NCBI GenBank assembly: GCA_963555825.3
Contig: CAUVXB020000001.1
Coordinates: forward strand, 1,952,001 to 2,016,000
Direction of reading: 5' to 3'
Length of the DNA stretch: 64,000 bases
DNA from: Alphaproteobacteria bacterium
GTDB taxonomy: Bacteria > Pseudomonadota > Alphaproteobacteria > JAAXGF01
The notes beneath the pieces were generated by a model. It saw only the letters and a list, made by a program, of their open reading frames with translations. It ran no database searches and was not told the origin of the DNA. The position numbers were made by a program, and so were the translations under genes. Below are positions 38,039 to 47,183 of the stretch, piece after piece; the stretch's first letter is position 1, and each line of letters begins with the position of its first letter.

Positions 38039-38596
38039 TTATGCGTCGTCGCGCCACTTGATCGAGCAGCCGATACTGGCGATCTGGTGGTCGGGCCCCT
38101 TGCCGGTCCGCGCCACCTGACGCATCGCTTCGTAGAGATCGCGGCTGGCGTCGGGCGCCGCTTCGGTGCGCGATTCGTCGAGCCGGCCGCGATAGCACAG
38201 CTCGTCGTCGGCGTTGAGGCCGAAGAAGTCCGGCGTACACACGGCGCCGTAGGCGCGCGCCACTTCCTGGCTTTCGTCGTAGAGGTAGGGAAACGGGAAG
38301 TTTTTCTCGACCGCGACGCGTTTCATGTTGTCGAACGAATCGGCCGGATAGGCGCTGACATCGTTCGACGAGATCGCGACGCAGGCGATGCCGTCGGCGG
38401 CGAGGTCGTTGGCGTCGCGCACGATGCGGTCGAACACGGCCTTCACATAGGGGCAGTGGTTGCAGATGAACATGACCAGCGTGCCGTGTTCGCCGCGCAG
38501 GGCGTCCAGCGAATGGCGCCCGCCGTCGACGCCGGGCAAATCGAAGCCCGGAGCCGTCCAGCCGGTATTACACTCGGGTGTCTCGGTCGCAACCAT
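38039..38596 (-). CDS. Thioredoxin-family (AhpC/TSA-like) protein
   Basis: FICNHCPYV, FPYLYD, AVCTPDFF, SIGCSIKW. Confidence 0.9.
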   Translation of the reverse strand: MVATETPECNTGWTAPGFDLPGVDGGRHSLDALRGEHGTLVMFICNHCPYVKAVFDRIVRDANDLAADGIACVAISSNDVSAYPADSFDNMKRVAVEKNFPFPYLYDESQEVARAYGAVCTPDFFGLNADDELCYRGRLDESRTEAAPDASRDLYEAMRQVARTGKGPDHQIASIGCSIKWRDDA

Positions 38597-38806
38597 GCGT
38601 CGGTCTCTCCTCACTAGTCCGGCCCAGGCGGGCGGCGCCCGCCTCGTCAGGACAATACATGATGAGCAGGCTGGACATCCAGAGTTACCGCGACTTCGGG
38701 CCACATGAGGGCCGACGACCGGCACCTGTCGAACGACGCCAACCGAGCGTGGGCCGCACCACGTTCGCGCTAGCCGTCGCTCGGCCGAGGCGATATATTC
38801 TAAACG

Positions 38807-38833
38807 CGACATCGACTTGTCATATTGTGACAC
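38807..38833. promoter_or_regulatory. Putative GbdR/GlxA-type operator upstream of the regulator
   Basis: CGACAT at 38807 and TGACAC at 38828, 21-bp period. Confidence 0.45.
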
Positions 38834-38854
38834 GAGCGAAACGAGGTCGGCGAC

Positions 38855-39823
38855 ATGGTCAACGTCACGCGGCCCGACAGCCCCGAGCGGATCGGCATCC
38901 TGCTGGTGCCCAACTTCTCGATGATGGCCTTCACCTCGGCGATCGAACCGATGCGTTCGGCCAATCGGATGAGCGGCCGCACGCTCTATAGCTGGCACTT
39001 GTTGTCCAAGGACGGCGGTCCCGTCGAGGCGAGCAACGGCATCGCCATCATGCCCGACGCGGCGCTGAGCGACGGCGCGATGATGCCGACGCTGATCGTC
39101 TGCGCCGGCATCGACGTGCACCTCTATCGCGACAAGGAGGTGTTCTCGTGGTTACGCAAAATCGCCCGCCAGGGCGCGCGCATCGGCGCGCTCTGCACCG
39201 GCAGCCATATCCTGGCGCGCGCCGGCCTGCTCGACGGCCACCGCTGCACGATCCACTGGGAAAACATCCCCGGCTTCGTCGAGGAGTTTCCCGACATCGA
39301 GGTCACCACCGAGCTGTTCGAGACCGGCGTCAACCGTTTCACCTGCTCGGGTGGCACCGCGGCGCTCGACATGATGCTCAACATGATCGCGACGCGCCAT
39401 GGCCACGATCTCGCCGCCGCGGTCTCCGACCAGTTCATTCACGACCGCATCCGCAGCGCCACCGATCACCAGCGCATGACGCTGCAGTCGCGCCTCGGCG
39501 TGCGCGACAACAAGCTGATCTCGGTCATCTCGCAAATGGAGGCCAACATCGAGGAACCGCTGTCGCGCACCGACCTCTCGGCCAGCGTCGGGTTGTCGAC
39601 CCGCCAACTCGAGCGGCTCTTCCGCAAGTATCTCGATGCGACGCCCAAACACTACTATCTCGAGCTCCGGCTGCACCGGGCGCGCCAGCTTCTCATGCAG
39701 ACCGGCATGTCGGTGCTCGACATCGCGCTCGCCTGCGGCTTCGTCTCGGCCTCGCATTTTTCGAAATGCTATCGCGAGTACTTCGGCAACACGCCACGCG
39801 AAGAGCACCGCACCGCCGCGTGA
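38855..39823 (+). CDS. GlxA/GbdR-type AraC regulator (GATase-like + HTH)
   Basis: IEPMR.AN, ALCTG, TIHWEN, RQLERLF, ACGF.SASHFSKCYR. Confidence 0.92.
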   Translation: MVNVTRPDSPERIGILLVPNFSMMAFTSAIEPMRSANRMSGRTLYSWHLLSKDGGPVEASNGIAIMPDAALSDGAMMPTLIVCAGIDVHLYRDKEVFSWLRKIARQGARIGALCTGSHILARAGLLDGHRCTIHWENIPGFVEEFPDIEVTTELFETGVNRFTCSGGTAALDMMLNMIATRHGHDLAAAVSDQFIHDRIRSATDHQRMTLQSRLGVRDNKLISVISQMEANIEEPLSRTDLSASVGLSTRQLERLFRKYLDATPKHYYLELRLHRARQLLMQTGMSVLDIALACGFVSASHFSKCYREYFGNTPREEHRTAA

Positions 39824-39906
39824 GCCCGCCCCCTGCCCCGCGAAAATAATCGTTACCGCGGCGATGCCGATGTGCTCGGCCGCGCGCGACGCGCGATCAA
39901 GAAAGA

Positions 39907-41907
39907 CTAGGACCGCCGGCGTCGGCGTCGGCGCCCGCCGCTCTCTCCGTCATCGGGTTGGCTGATCGTCTTCGGTTCCGGCAGCGTCACGGCGGCAGCC
40001 AGGTTGGGAAAGGGCGCCGTCTTGTGCGGCAGCGCCATGGCCTCGACGAAATGCTCCTGGAAACGCGGCTCGATTGCGGTCTCGACCTTCTCGACCTCGC
40101 GCACGACCCGCTCGATCTCGCGGCGCGCCGCGCGGTTCAACAGCGCGATGCGCGCACCCGTGCCCGCCGCGTTGCCGGCGGCCGCGACCTTGGCCAAATC
40201 GCAGTCAGGGATCATGCCAAGCACCATGGCGTATTTGACGTCGATGTGGCTGCCGAAGGCGCCGGTCAACGTAATGCGATCCACAGTCTCGACGCCGGCG
40301 CGGTCCATCAGGAGCCGCGCGCCGGCATATAGCGCCGCCTTGGCGAGCTGGATCGCGCGCACGTCGTTCTGGGTGATGCGCAGCGTCGGCGGCCCCTCGA
40401 CCAGCGTGTAGGCGAAGGTACGGCCGTCGGCGACGATGTACGGGCAGCCTTCGGCGAGCGAGCCGTCGATCACCCCGTCGGTCGTGATGATGCCCGCGAG
40501 GTACATCTCGGCGATCGCCTCGATGATGCCCGAGCCGCAGACGCCGGTGATCTTGGCGTCGAATTCCGGGTCGTCGGACCATATCTCGCCGCCGATCACG
40601 GTGAAGCGCGGCGCCAGCGTCTCGCGATCGACGCGCACGCGCTCGATCGCGCCGGGCGCGGCGCGCTGGCCGCAGCTGATCTGCGCGCCCTCGAACGCCG
40701 GACCCGTCGGGCTCGACGCGGCGAGCAGGTGATCGCGGTTGCCGAGCACGATTTCGGCGTTGGTTCCGACGTCGACGACCAGCGTCATTTCGTCACCGAG
40801 ATGCGGCCCCTCGGCGAGGATGACGCCCGCCGTGTCGGCGCCGACATGGCCGGCGATGCACGGCAACACGTAGACGCGCGCGTTGGCGTAGAGGTGCAGG
40901 TCGAGCTCGCTCGCCCAGATGGTCAACGCCTCGCCGCTGGCGAGCGCGAACGGCGCGCCGCCGAGTTCGATCGGATCGATACCGAGGAGCAGGTGATGCA
41001 TTATCGGGTTGCCGACGAAGGTGACCTCGACGATGTCGTCGGTGCCGATGCCCGCCTCGGCGGCGACTTCGGCGGCGAGCTGGTCGACCGCCTCGCGCAC
41101 GACGCGCGTCATGTCGGCGTCGCCGCCCGGGTTCATCATGATGTAGGACACCCGGCTCATGAGGTCCTCGCCAAATCGGATCTGCGGGTTCATCGTGCCC
41201 GCCGCGGCGACCACCTCGCCGGTGCTCAGATCGCAGAGATGCGCGGCGATGGTGGTCGAACCGATGTCGACCGCCAGGCCATAGCTGCGATCGTGGAAGC
41301 CGGGCCAGATGGCGACGATCTGGGTCGCCTCGCGGACCGCCGCGGTGACTTTCCAGTCGCCCTCGCGCAAGGTGTCCTGAATATAGCGCAGCACGCGCAG
41401 GTCACTCGCCAGGTCAGCGAGTCCCCATTGCGCCTCGAGCGCCTCGATCAGGCGGCGCAGATCGGACGCCGGCTTGTGCATGTCGGGCGTCTCGACCTCG
41501 ACGTAGTGCAGGCGGACCACCGGGTCGAGTTCGATCTTGCGGGCGTCGGCGCGCTTGCGCACGAGCTGCTTGTGAACCTGGCTCTCGGCCGGCACGTCGA
41601 TCACGACGTCGCCGGTGACGCGCGCCTGACAGCTCAGCCGCCGGTCATCCGCCAGGCCGCGCTTCGACGCATAGCGCTGTTCGACGGCGGTCGCTTCCGA
41701 CAGGTTCTCGGCGCGCGATACGACGCCGTGCTTGGCGAATGCGCCTTCGCTGACGGTTACCTGGCAGCGGCCGCAGATGGCGCGCCCGCCGCACACCGAA
41801 TCGATGTCGACGCCCAATTCACGCGCCGCCTGCAGGAGCGGCGTGCCGAGCGCGAAGCGGTCGCGCCGGCCCGACGGCGTGAAGACGACGAGGGCGTCGT
41901 CAGACAC
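39907..41907 (-). CDS. ASKHA-domain reductive activator of corrinoid proteins (RamA/RACo-like) with 2Fe-2S domain
   Basis: CGG.AICGRC...RLSC, DIGSTT, DVGTNAE, GPAFEG, GVCGSG; GTG start inferred. Confidence 0.88.
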   Translation of the reverse strand: MSDDALVVFTPSGRRDRFALGTPLLQAARELGVDIDSVCGGRAICGRCQVTVSEGAFAKHGVVSRAENLSEATAVEQRYASKRGLADDRRLSCQARVTGDVVIDVPAESQVHKQLVRKRADARKIELDPVVRLHYVEVETPDMHKPASDLRRLIEALEAQWGLADLASDLRVLRYIQDTLREGDWKVTAAVREATQIVAIWPGFHDRSYGLAVDIGSTTIAAHLCDLSTGEVVAAAGTMNPQIRFGEDLMSRVSYIMMNPGGDADMTRVVREAVDQLAAEVAAEAGIGTDDIVEVTFVGNPIMHHLLLGIDPIELGGAPFALASGEALTIWASELDLHLYANARVYVLPCIAGHVGADTAGVILAEGPHLGDEMTLVVDVGTNAEIVLGNRDHLLAASSPTGPAFEGAQISCGQRAAPGAIERVRVDRETLAPRFTVIGGEIWSDDPEFDAKITGVCGSGIIEAIAEMYLAGIITTDGVIDGSLAEGCPYIVADGRTFAYTLVEGPPTLRITQNDVRAIQLAKAALYAGARLLMDRAGVETVDRITLTGAFGSHIDVKYAMVLGMIPDCDLAKVAAAGNAAGTGARIALLNRAARREIERVVREVEKVETAIEPRFQEHFVEAMALPHKTAPFPNLAAAVTLPEPKTISQPDDGESGGRRRRRRRS

Positions 41908-42802
41908 GGCGGCGACGTCCCGTGCGGCGCACGCTGCCGTGGGCAACACCGTCGGCCGCGGGCACGCGGAACTTGCGGATCCAGCGGCGGCATTCCGGGT
42001 CGTGGCCCATCATCACGTCGGCGCCCATCGTCGAGATCATGACCTCGGCATGCAGCGGGTTGGTAATCGCCGAGGTCAGTCCGGCGCCGATCGCCATCGA
42101 CAGGAAGGCGCCGTTGAGGCCGTTGCGGCCAGGCAGGCCGAAGCTGATGTTCGATGCGCCGCAGCAGGAATTGACCTTCAGCTCCTCCTTCAGCCGGCGC
42201 ATGATCTGCATCGCCGTATGACCGGCCAGGTTGATCGCGCCGATCGGCATGATCAGCGGGTCGACGACGACGTCGGCGCGTGGAATACCGTGGTCCTCGG
42301 CGCGCTCGACGATCTTCTTGGCGATCTTGAAGCGCTCGTCCGGATCCTCGGAAATGCCGGTCTCGTCGTTCGAGATAGCGACCACCGCGGCGCCATATTT
42401 CTTGATTAGCGGCAACACCGATTCGAGGCGCTCCTCCTCGCCGGTTACCGAATTGACCAGTGCTTTGCCCTGATAGACTTCGAGCCCGCGCTCGAGCGCG
42501 GTGACGATCGAGGAATCGATCGACAGCGGCACGTCGGTGATCGATTGCACGAGCTGGATCGCCTCGCCAAGGATGCGCGGCTCGTCGGCCAGCGGGATGC
42601 CGGCGTTGACGTCGAGCATATGCGCGCCGGCCTCGACCTGCGCGATGGCGTCGGATTCGACCCGGCTGTAATCGCCCACCGCCATCTCGTCGGCGAGCAG
42701 CTTGCGCCCGGTCGGGTTGATGCGCTCGCCGATGACGACGAAGGGTCGGTCGAAGCCGATCACCACCTCTTTGGTGGCCGAGGAGAGAACAGTATCGGTC
42801 AT
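41900..42802 (-). CDS. Methyltetrahydrofolate:corrinoid methyltransferase (pterin-binding)
   Basis: IGERINPTG, LDVNAG, SIDSS, VNSV, DPL, GASNISFGLP. Confidence 0.9.
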   Translation of the reverse strand: MTDTVLSSATKEVVIGFDRPFVVIGERINPTGRKLLADEMAVGDYSRVESDAIAQVEAGAHMLDVNAGIPLADEPRILGEAIQLVQSITDVPLSIDSSIVTALERGLEVYQGKALVNSVTGEEERLESVLPLIKKYGAAVVAISNDETGISEDPDERFKIAKKIVERAEDHGIPRADVVVDPLIMPIGAINLAGHTAMQIMRRLKEELKVNSCCGASNISFGLPGRNGLNGAFLSMAIGAGLTSAITNPLHAEVMISTMGADVMMGHDPECRRWIRKFRVPAADGVAHGSVRRTGRRRRV

Positions 42803-43830
42803 GTCGTGGAACCTGCTTTTTGCGAAACGTTGGAAGGCCTGTGCGCACGCTTGCCCGGATGTTGCGGGCGCCGGCCGTGCAGCACGCCGGATTGGGTGAT
42901 GATCTCGGAGACCAGCTCTTCCTGACGATAAGCCATGACGTGGACGCCCGCGACTCCTTCGATCTCTTTTATCTGCTGGATCAGCTCGATACACACCAGC
43001 TTGCCCTCGAGCTTGGGATTCTCGGCGCCGTCGAGGCGCTCGATCACGGCATCGGGGATATGCACGCCCGGCACGTTACTTCGAATCCAGCGCGCCGCCC
43101 GGGGCGACGCCAGCGGCCCGACGCCGACCAGAATGTAGCAGCGCTCGTGCAGGCCCATGTCGCGCACCCGCGTCATGAAGCGTTTCAGGAGCTCGATATC
43201 GAAGCAGTACTGGGTCTGCACGAACTGGGCGCCCGCGGCGATCTTCTTGGCCAGCCTGACCGGTCTAAAATCGTAGGGCGGCACGAACGGGTTTGACGCG
43301 GCGCCCAGGAACACGCGCGGCGGCACTTTAAGCTTACGACCCGACAGAAAGGTGCCCTCGTCGCGCATCAAACGAATGGTTTGCAAGAGCGAGATGCTGT
43401 CCAGATCGAACACCGGCTTGGCACCCGGTTGGTCGCCCGCCTGCACACCGTCACCGGTCAGGCAAAGGATATTGCACACGCCCATCGCCGCCGCGCCGAG
43501 CACATCGCCCTGGATGGCGATGCGGTTGCGGTCACGGCATGAGATCTGCATCACCGGCGCGTAGCCGGCGCCGGTCAACAGTGCGCAAATGCCGACGCTC
43601 GACATATGGGTGTTGGCACCCGACGCATCGGTCGCGTTGATCGCGTCGCAGACCTCCGACAGCACCAGGGCGCGCTCGTAGACCTCGCGCGGATCGGCCG
43701 AATCCGGCGGGTTGAGCTCCGCGGTCACGGCGAACTTACCGGACCGCAGCACGCGCTCCAGACGGCCGGTCGAATCGTGGCCCGGTGGCACCAGATTCGG
43801 CGCCGAAGGCTCACGCGGGTCGTGCAGCAT
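42799..43830 (-). CDS. metF: Methylenetetrahydrofolate reductase (MetV-associated type)
   Basis: VTAELNPP, CRDRNR, LCLTGD, KK..AGAQFVQTQ. Confidence 0.88.
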   Translation of the reverse strand: MLHDPREPSAPNLVPPGHDSTGRLERVLRSGKFAVTAELNPPDSADPREVYERALVLSEVCDAINATDASGANTHMSSVGICALLTGAGYAPVMQISCRDRNRIAIQGDVLGAAAMGVCNILCLTGDGVQAGDQPGAKPVFDLDSISLLQTIRLMRDEGTFLSGRKLKVPPRVFLGAASNPFVPPYDFRPVRLAKKIAAGAQFVQTQYCFDIELLKRFMTRVRDMGLHERCYILVGVGPLASPRAARWIRSNVPGVHIPDAVIERLDGAENPKLEGKLVCIELIQQIKEIEGVAGVHVMAYRQEELVSEIITQSGVLHGRRPQHPGKRAHRPSNVSQKAGSTT

Positions 43831-44297
43831 CAGTCGGCCTCATCGCTACGTTCGGCCGCCGCTTCGCGGGTTACACGCAGCCACGACGAAGTGCCGGCGA
43901 CGTTATGCTCGACCGGCGGCTGTACTTCGCCGATCGCCATGCCTTTCGCCATGCGCTGGGCGCCGTCCCACGCTTCGACCCAGACGCAGCGCATCTCGGG
44001 CTTGACCTCGCAGTTGCCGTTCTCCCGGACGCCGCCGCACGGGCCATTGCGTAATGTCTTGGGGCAGTTCATCGGACACGACATGCCGGTCGAGCTGAGC
44101 GCGCAGAGGCCGCACATCTGGCAGTCGAACAGGAACCCCTTAATGCCGCTCTCGACAGCGGCCACCGGACGCTCGAGCCGGCCGTAGCCGATCCGCTTCA
44201 ACAGTGGATGCAGGCCCAGCAGCGTCGCCGCGAACAGGTCGTAGAACCGTTCGAGAAACGACGCGTGCCGCACCGACCAGTGACGTGCAGCGTACAT
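43830..44297 (-). CDS. MetV-like / MTHFR C-terminal cysteine-rich subunit
   Basis: CQMCGLC, CPMNCPK.LRNGPCGG, CEV...CVW. Confidence 0.85.
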   Translation of the reverse strand: MYAARHWSVRHASFLERFYDLFAATLLGLHPLLKRIGYGRLERPVAAVESGIKGFLFDCQMCGLCALSSTGMSCPMNCPKTLRNGPCGGVRENGNCEVKPEMRCVWVEAWDGAQRMAKGMAIGEVQPPVEHNVAGTSSWLRVTREAAAERSDEAD

Positions 44298-44309
44298 GAC
44301 GGTCTTTCT

Positions 44310-45257
44310 TTAACCCAACGCCCGGCGGTTGGCGACGACGCCCGATTCCGTGACCACCGCGGCGATGCCTTCTTCCTGGCGTGGCGCCATGAAATGCGCG
44401 CCCGACACGCCGTCAATCTCTTGAAATGCCTGCAACAGCTCGGCGCAGATCATGCGGCCTTCGGCGCGTTGGTCCTCAGCGCCCTCGAGACGCGCGATCA
44501 TCGCCTCGGGAATGTTCACGCCGAACAGGTTGTCGTTCATCCAGCGTGCTGACTTCGCCGAGGCGAACGGTCCGATGCCGACGATGAAGAACGCCCGGTC
44601 GAAGACACCGTGATCGCCGAGCCGCACCATATAGCGCCGCAGCACATCGATATCGAAGCAGTACTGGGTCTGGAAGAACTGCGTACCGGCGTCGATCTTG
44701 GCGAGCACGCCCTCCGGCGTCCAATCGTCGGGCACATCGCGCGGGCTATCGGCGGCGCCGATGAACAGCCCGGGCGGCGGATCGATCTTGCGGCCGCTGG
44801 GCAAGGCGCCCGCGTTCAACGCGTGCGCCGTCGCGATAATGCCCCGGCTGTCGAGGTCGTAGACCGGCGCCGCGTCGGGCTGGTCGCCGTTCTTGGGATC
44901 GTCGCCGTGCAGGCAGAGGATATTCGTGATGCCCAGCGCCGCGGCGCCGATCAGATCGCCCTGGATCGCCAGGCGGTTGCGATCGCGGGCGGTGAACTGA
45001 AGCACCGGCTCGATATCGTCGCGCGCCATCACGGCGGCGCAGGCGAGCGCCGACATATGCGTCCTGGCGCCGGCGCCGTCGGTCACGTTGATGGCGTCGA
45101 CGACGCCCTTGAGCGGCGCGACCTTGGCCAGCACGTCGGCCGGGTCCGACGAATCGGGCGGCGTCGTCTCGGCGGTCACGACGAACGCGCCCTGGCGCAG
45201 CGCGTTCTCCAGGCGACCGGGCGCGGCTAGCGGGCCGCAGATTGCCGGCGCGTTCAT
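44310..45257 (-). CDS. metF: Second methylenetetrahydrofolate reductase paralogue
   Basis: VTAETTPP, NVTD, RDRNR, LHGD, K..AGTQFFQTQ; start ATG 45257. Confidence 0.82.
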   Translation of the reverse strand: MNAPAICGPLAAPGRLENALRQGAFVVTAETTPPDSSDPADVLAKVAPLKGVVDAINVTDGAGARTHMSALACAAVMARDDIEPVLQFTARDRNRLAIQGDLIGAAALGITNILCLHGDDPKNGDQPDAAPVYDLDSRGIIATAHALNAGALPSGRKIDPPPGLFIGAADSPRDVPDDWTPEGVLAKIDAGTQFFQTQYCFDIDVLRRYMVRLGDHGVFDRAFFIVGIGPFASAKSARWMNDNLFGVNIPEAMIARLEGAEDQRAEGRMICAELLQAFQEIDGVSGAHFMAPRQEEGIAAVVTESGVVANRRALG

Positions 45258-45258
45258 G

Positions 45259-45561
45259 TCAATCGGTCTCCTGCCCGCCCGAGGCGACCAGCTTGGCCAG
45301 CCGTTCGTCGGTAAAGCTCTCTTCGATCCGCGCGGCGGCGGCTTCGGCCTCGGCTTCGAGGTCATCGCCGCAGGGCGACCGTTCGCCACGGCGCCACTCG
45401 GCAAGATAGGCGTCGGTGTCACGGTTCCCCGATCGCATGGCGGCACGGTCGATGGCCTTCTCGAACCGCTCCGTCAGTATGCGTTTGGCCTTCTTGCGTC
45501 CCTGAAGAGCGATGACCTGGGCCGGAATATCACGCCAGTAGAGGATCTCGATCTGCGCCAT
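45259..45561 (-). CDS. Small conserved protein ('virulence factor' family)
   Basis: YWRDIPAQV, RFE.AIDRAAM, DAYLAEWR. Confidence 0.8.
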   Translation of the reverse strand: MAQIEILYWRDIPAQVIALQGRKKAKRILTERFEKAIDRAAMRSGNRDTDAYLAEWRRGERSPCGDDLEAEAEAAAARIEESFTDERLAKLVASGGQETD

Positions 45562-46168
45562 TCGTTGCCCCCTCGAGGCTCGCGGTATTCAGGAAACGAC
45601 CGAGTTCGCCATAGCCCGTGTAGCGGTATTCATACGCGAGCCCGAGTCGGTCGGCGGCGGCCTTGGCCCGCTCGACGAGCCCGGCGTCCTCGATCTGGGC
45701 CAGGTAGACGAGCTTGCGATAGTTGCCGAAGTAGTCACCGAGTAGCTGAGGATAGCGGTCGAGGCCGAGACCCCGCAGGATCAACAGATCGAAATGGCGC
45801 ACCAGATAGTCGGTCAGGAAGAACGACCCCGGTTCGTCGTCCATCAGGGCCTCGAAGTTGGTCTCGCCGGCGTAGAACTGGTAGCAGTGCGGGCCGGCGA
45901 TCCGCTCGACACCCTCTTCGGCCAGAACCTCGTCCAGCAGCCCGCCGGTGCCGCAGTCGCCGTAGACGACGACGACCCGGTCGTGGCTGATTCGTGCCGC
46001 GCGAATTTTGGCGCGCACCGCTTCGGGGATCTTATCCGGCGTGTTGTGGTAATGCGCCGGCACGCAGCTGATCGACATATGGGACCAACCGTTGACGCGA
46101 ATCAGCTCGGCGATTTCCCAGGCGAGCGCGCCGCAGGCGATCAGCTGCGTCGACGGCGATCGGTCCAC
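45530..46168 (-). CDS. DUF1638 family protein
   Basis: IACGAL, H..P, YGDCGTGG, GPHC, FFLTDYL. Confidence 0.85.
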   Translation of the reverse strand: MDRSPSTQLIACGALAWEIAELIRVNGWSHMSISCVPAHYHNTPDKIPEAVRAKIRAARISHDRVVVVYGDCGTGGLLDEVLAEEGVERIAGPHCYQFYAGETNFEALMDDEPGSFFLTDYLVRHFDLLILRGLGLDRYPQLLGDYFGNYRKLVYLAQIEDAGLVERAKAAADRLGLAYEYRYTGYGELGRFLNTASLEGATNGADRDPLLA

Positions 46169-46174
46169 CTGCGC

Positions 46175-46894
46175 TCAACTCCCGCTGGCGGCGAGATTGG
46201 CTTCCATCGACCCCTGACGACTGGCCAACAGTTCCTTGGCGGTCTCGACCGCGGTCGCCGCGTCGCGGCAATAGGCGTCGGCGCCGACGCTTTCGGCGAA
46301 TGCCTCGTTCAGAGGTGCGCCGCCGACCATCACGATGTGGTCGTTGCGGATGCCCATCTCGATCATCGTGTCAATGACGACTTTCATATACGGCATGGTC
46401 GTGGTCAGCAGCGCCGACATGCCGAGAATGTCGGGCTGATGCTCCTCGATCGCCTCGAGGTAGTTCTCGACTGGGTTGTTGACGCCGATGTTGATGACCT
46501 CGAAGCCGGCGCCCTCCATCATCATCGCCACCAGGTTCTTACCGATGTCGTGGATGTCGCCCTTGACGGTGCCGATGACCATCTTGCCCGTCTTGGGTGC
46601 GCCGGTCTCCGCGAGCAGCGGGCGCAGGATAACCATGCCCGCCTTCATGGCGTTGGCGGCAAGCAAAACCTCGGGCACGAACAGAATGCCGTCGCGGAAA
46701 TCGATGCCGACGATCTTCATGCCCGCGACCAGCGCTTCGGTCAGCGTCGCGTATGGCGTCCAGCCTCGACCGAGCAGGATTTCCGTGCCCTCTACGATCT
46801 CGTCCGCGAGACCGTCATAGAGGTCCTCGTGCATCTGTAGCACGAGCTCTTCATCATCCAATGCTGCGAGATCAATATCGTCGTCGTCAGCCAT
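46175..46894 (-). CDS. Corrinoid (cobalamin-binding) protein
   Basis: FVPEVL cap domain, GTVKGDIHDIGKN, SALLTTT, VGGAP. Confidence 0.93.
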   Translation of the reverse strand: MADDDDIDLAALDDEELVLQMHEDLYDGLADEIVEGTEILLGRGWTPYATLTEALVAGMKIVGIDFRDGILFVPEVLLAANAMKAGMVILRPLLAETGAPKTGKMVIGTVKGDIHDIGKNLVAMMMEGAGFEVINIGVNNPVENYLEAIEEHQPDILGMSALLTTTMPYMKVVIDTMIEMGIRNDHIVMVGGAPLNEAFAESVGADAYCRDAATAVETAKELLASRQGSMEANLAASGS

Positions 46895-46917
46895 CGTCAA
46901 ACTCCACTGAAGGCCAA

Positions 46918-46963
46918 GCGAATTCAGGGCGCATTAGAAAGCGAATTCAGGGCGCATTAGAAA
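46918..46963. repeat. Perfect 23-bp tandem duplication
   Basis: gcgaattcagggcgcattagaaa x2. Confidence 0.95.
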
Positions 46964-47026
46964 ACGTCGGTATCGTGATCGCAAGTACCAGTTAAATTCA
47001 CCTTTGCGCCACTGCTAACACACTTG

Positions 47027-47053
47027 CGACATTCTCTATTCGTAAAACGACAT
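47027..47053. promoter_or_regulatory. Putative GbdR/GlxA-type operator in the divergent promoter
   Basis: CGACAT at 47027 and 47048, exact 21-bp period. Confidence 0.55.
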
Positions 47054-47183
47054 CGCGTTGATTTCAATGACCGCCCGGCGGCGCGCCGCGTTTTGACGTG
47101 GCAGGCGTTGCGTTCGTGGTGTATCACGCCATGAGCGTTGCCGGCGCCGCGTGGCCGGGCAAACTCCGACCGGGAGACTGAAA

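Noticed and set aside
38597-38806. Extended 360-aa thioredoxin ORF and small ORFs in this spacer
   Set aside because: The family-like sequence starts at 38596 with an RBS; the upstream extension overlaps the divergent regulator and has no motif.
46918-46963. 23-bp repeat as a mini CRISPR array
   Set aside because: Two directly adjacent copies, no spacer, no cas genes.
46900-47183. Cobalamin or SAM riboswitch in the divergent promoter
   Set aside because: No B12-box or SAM riboswitch consensus recognisable by eye; an Rfam scan would be decisive.
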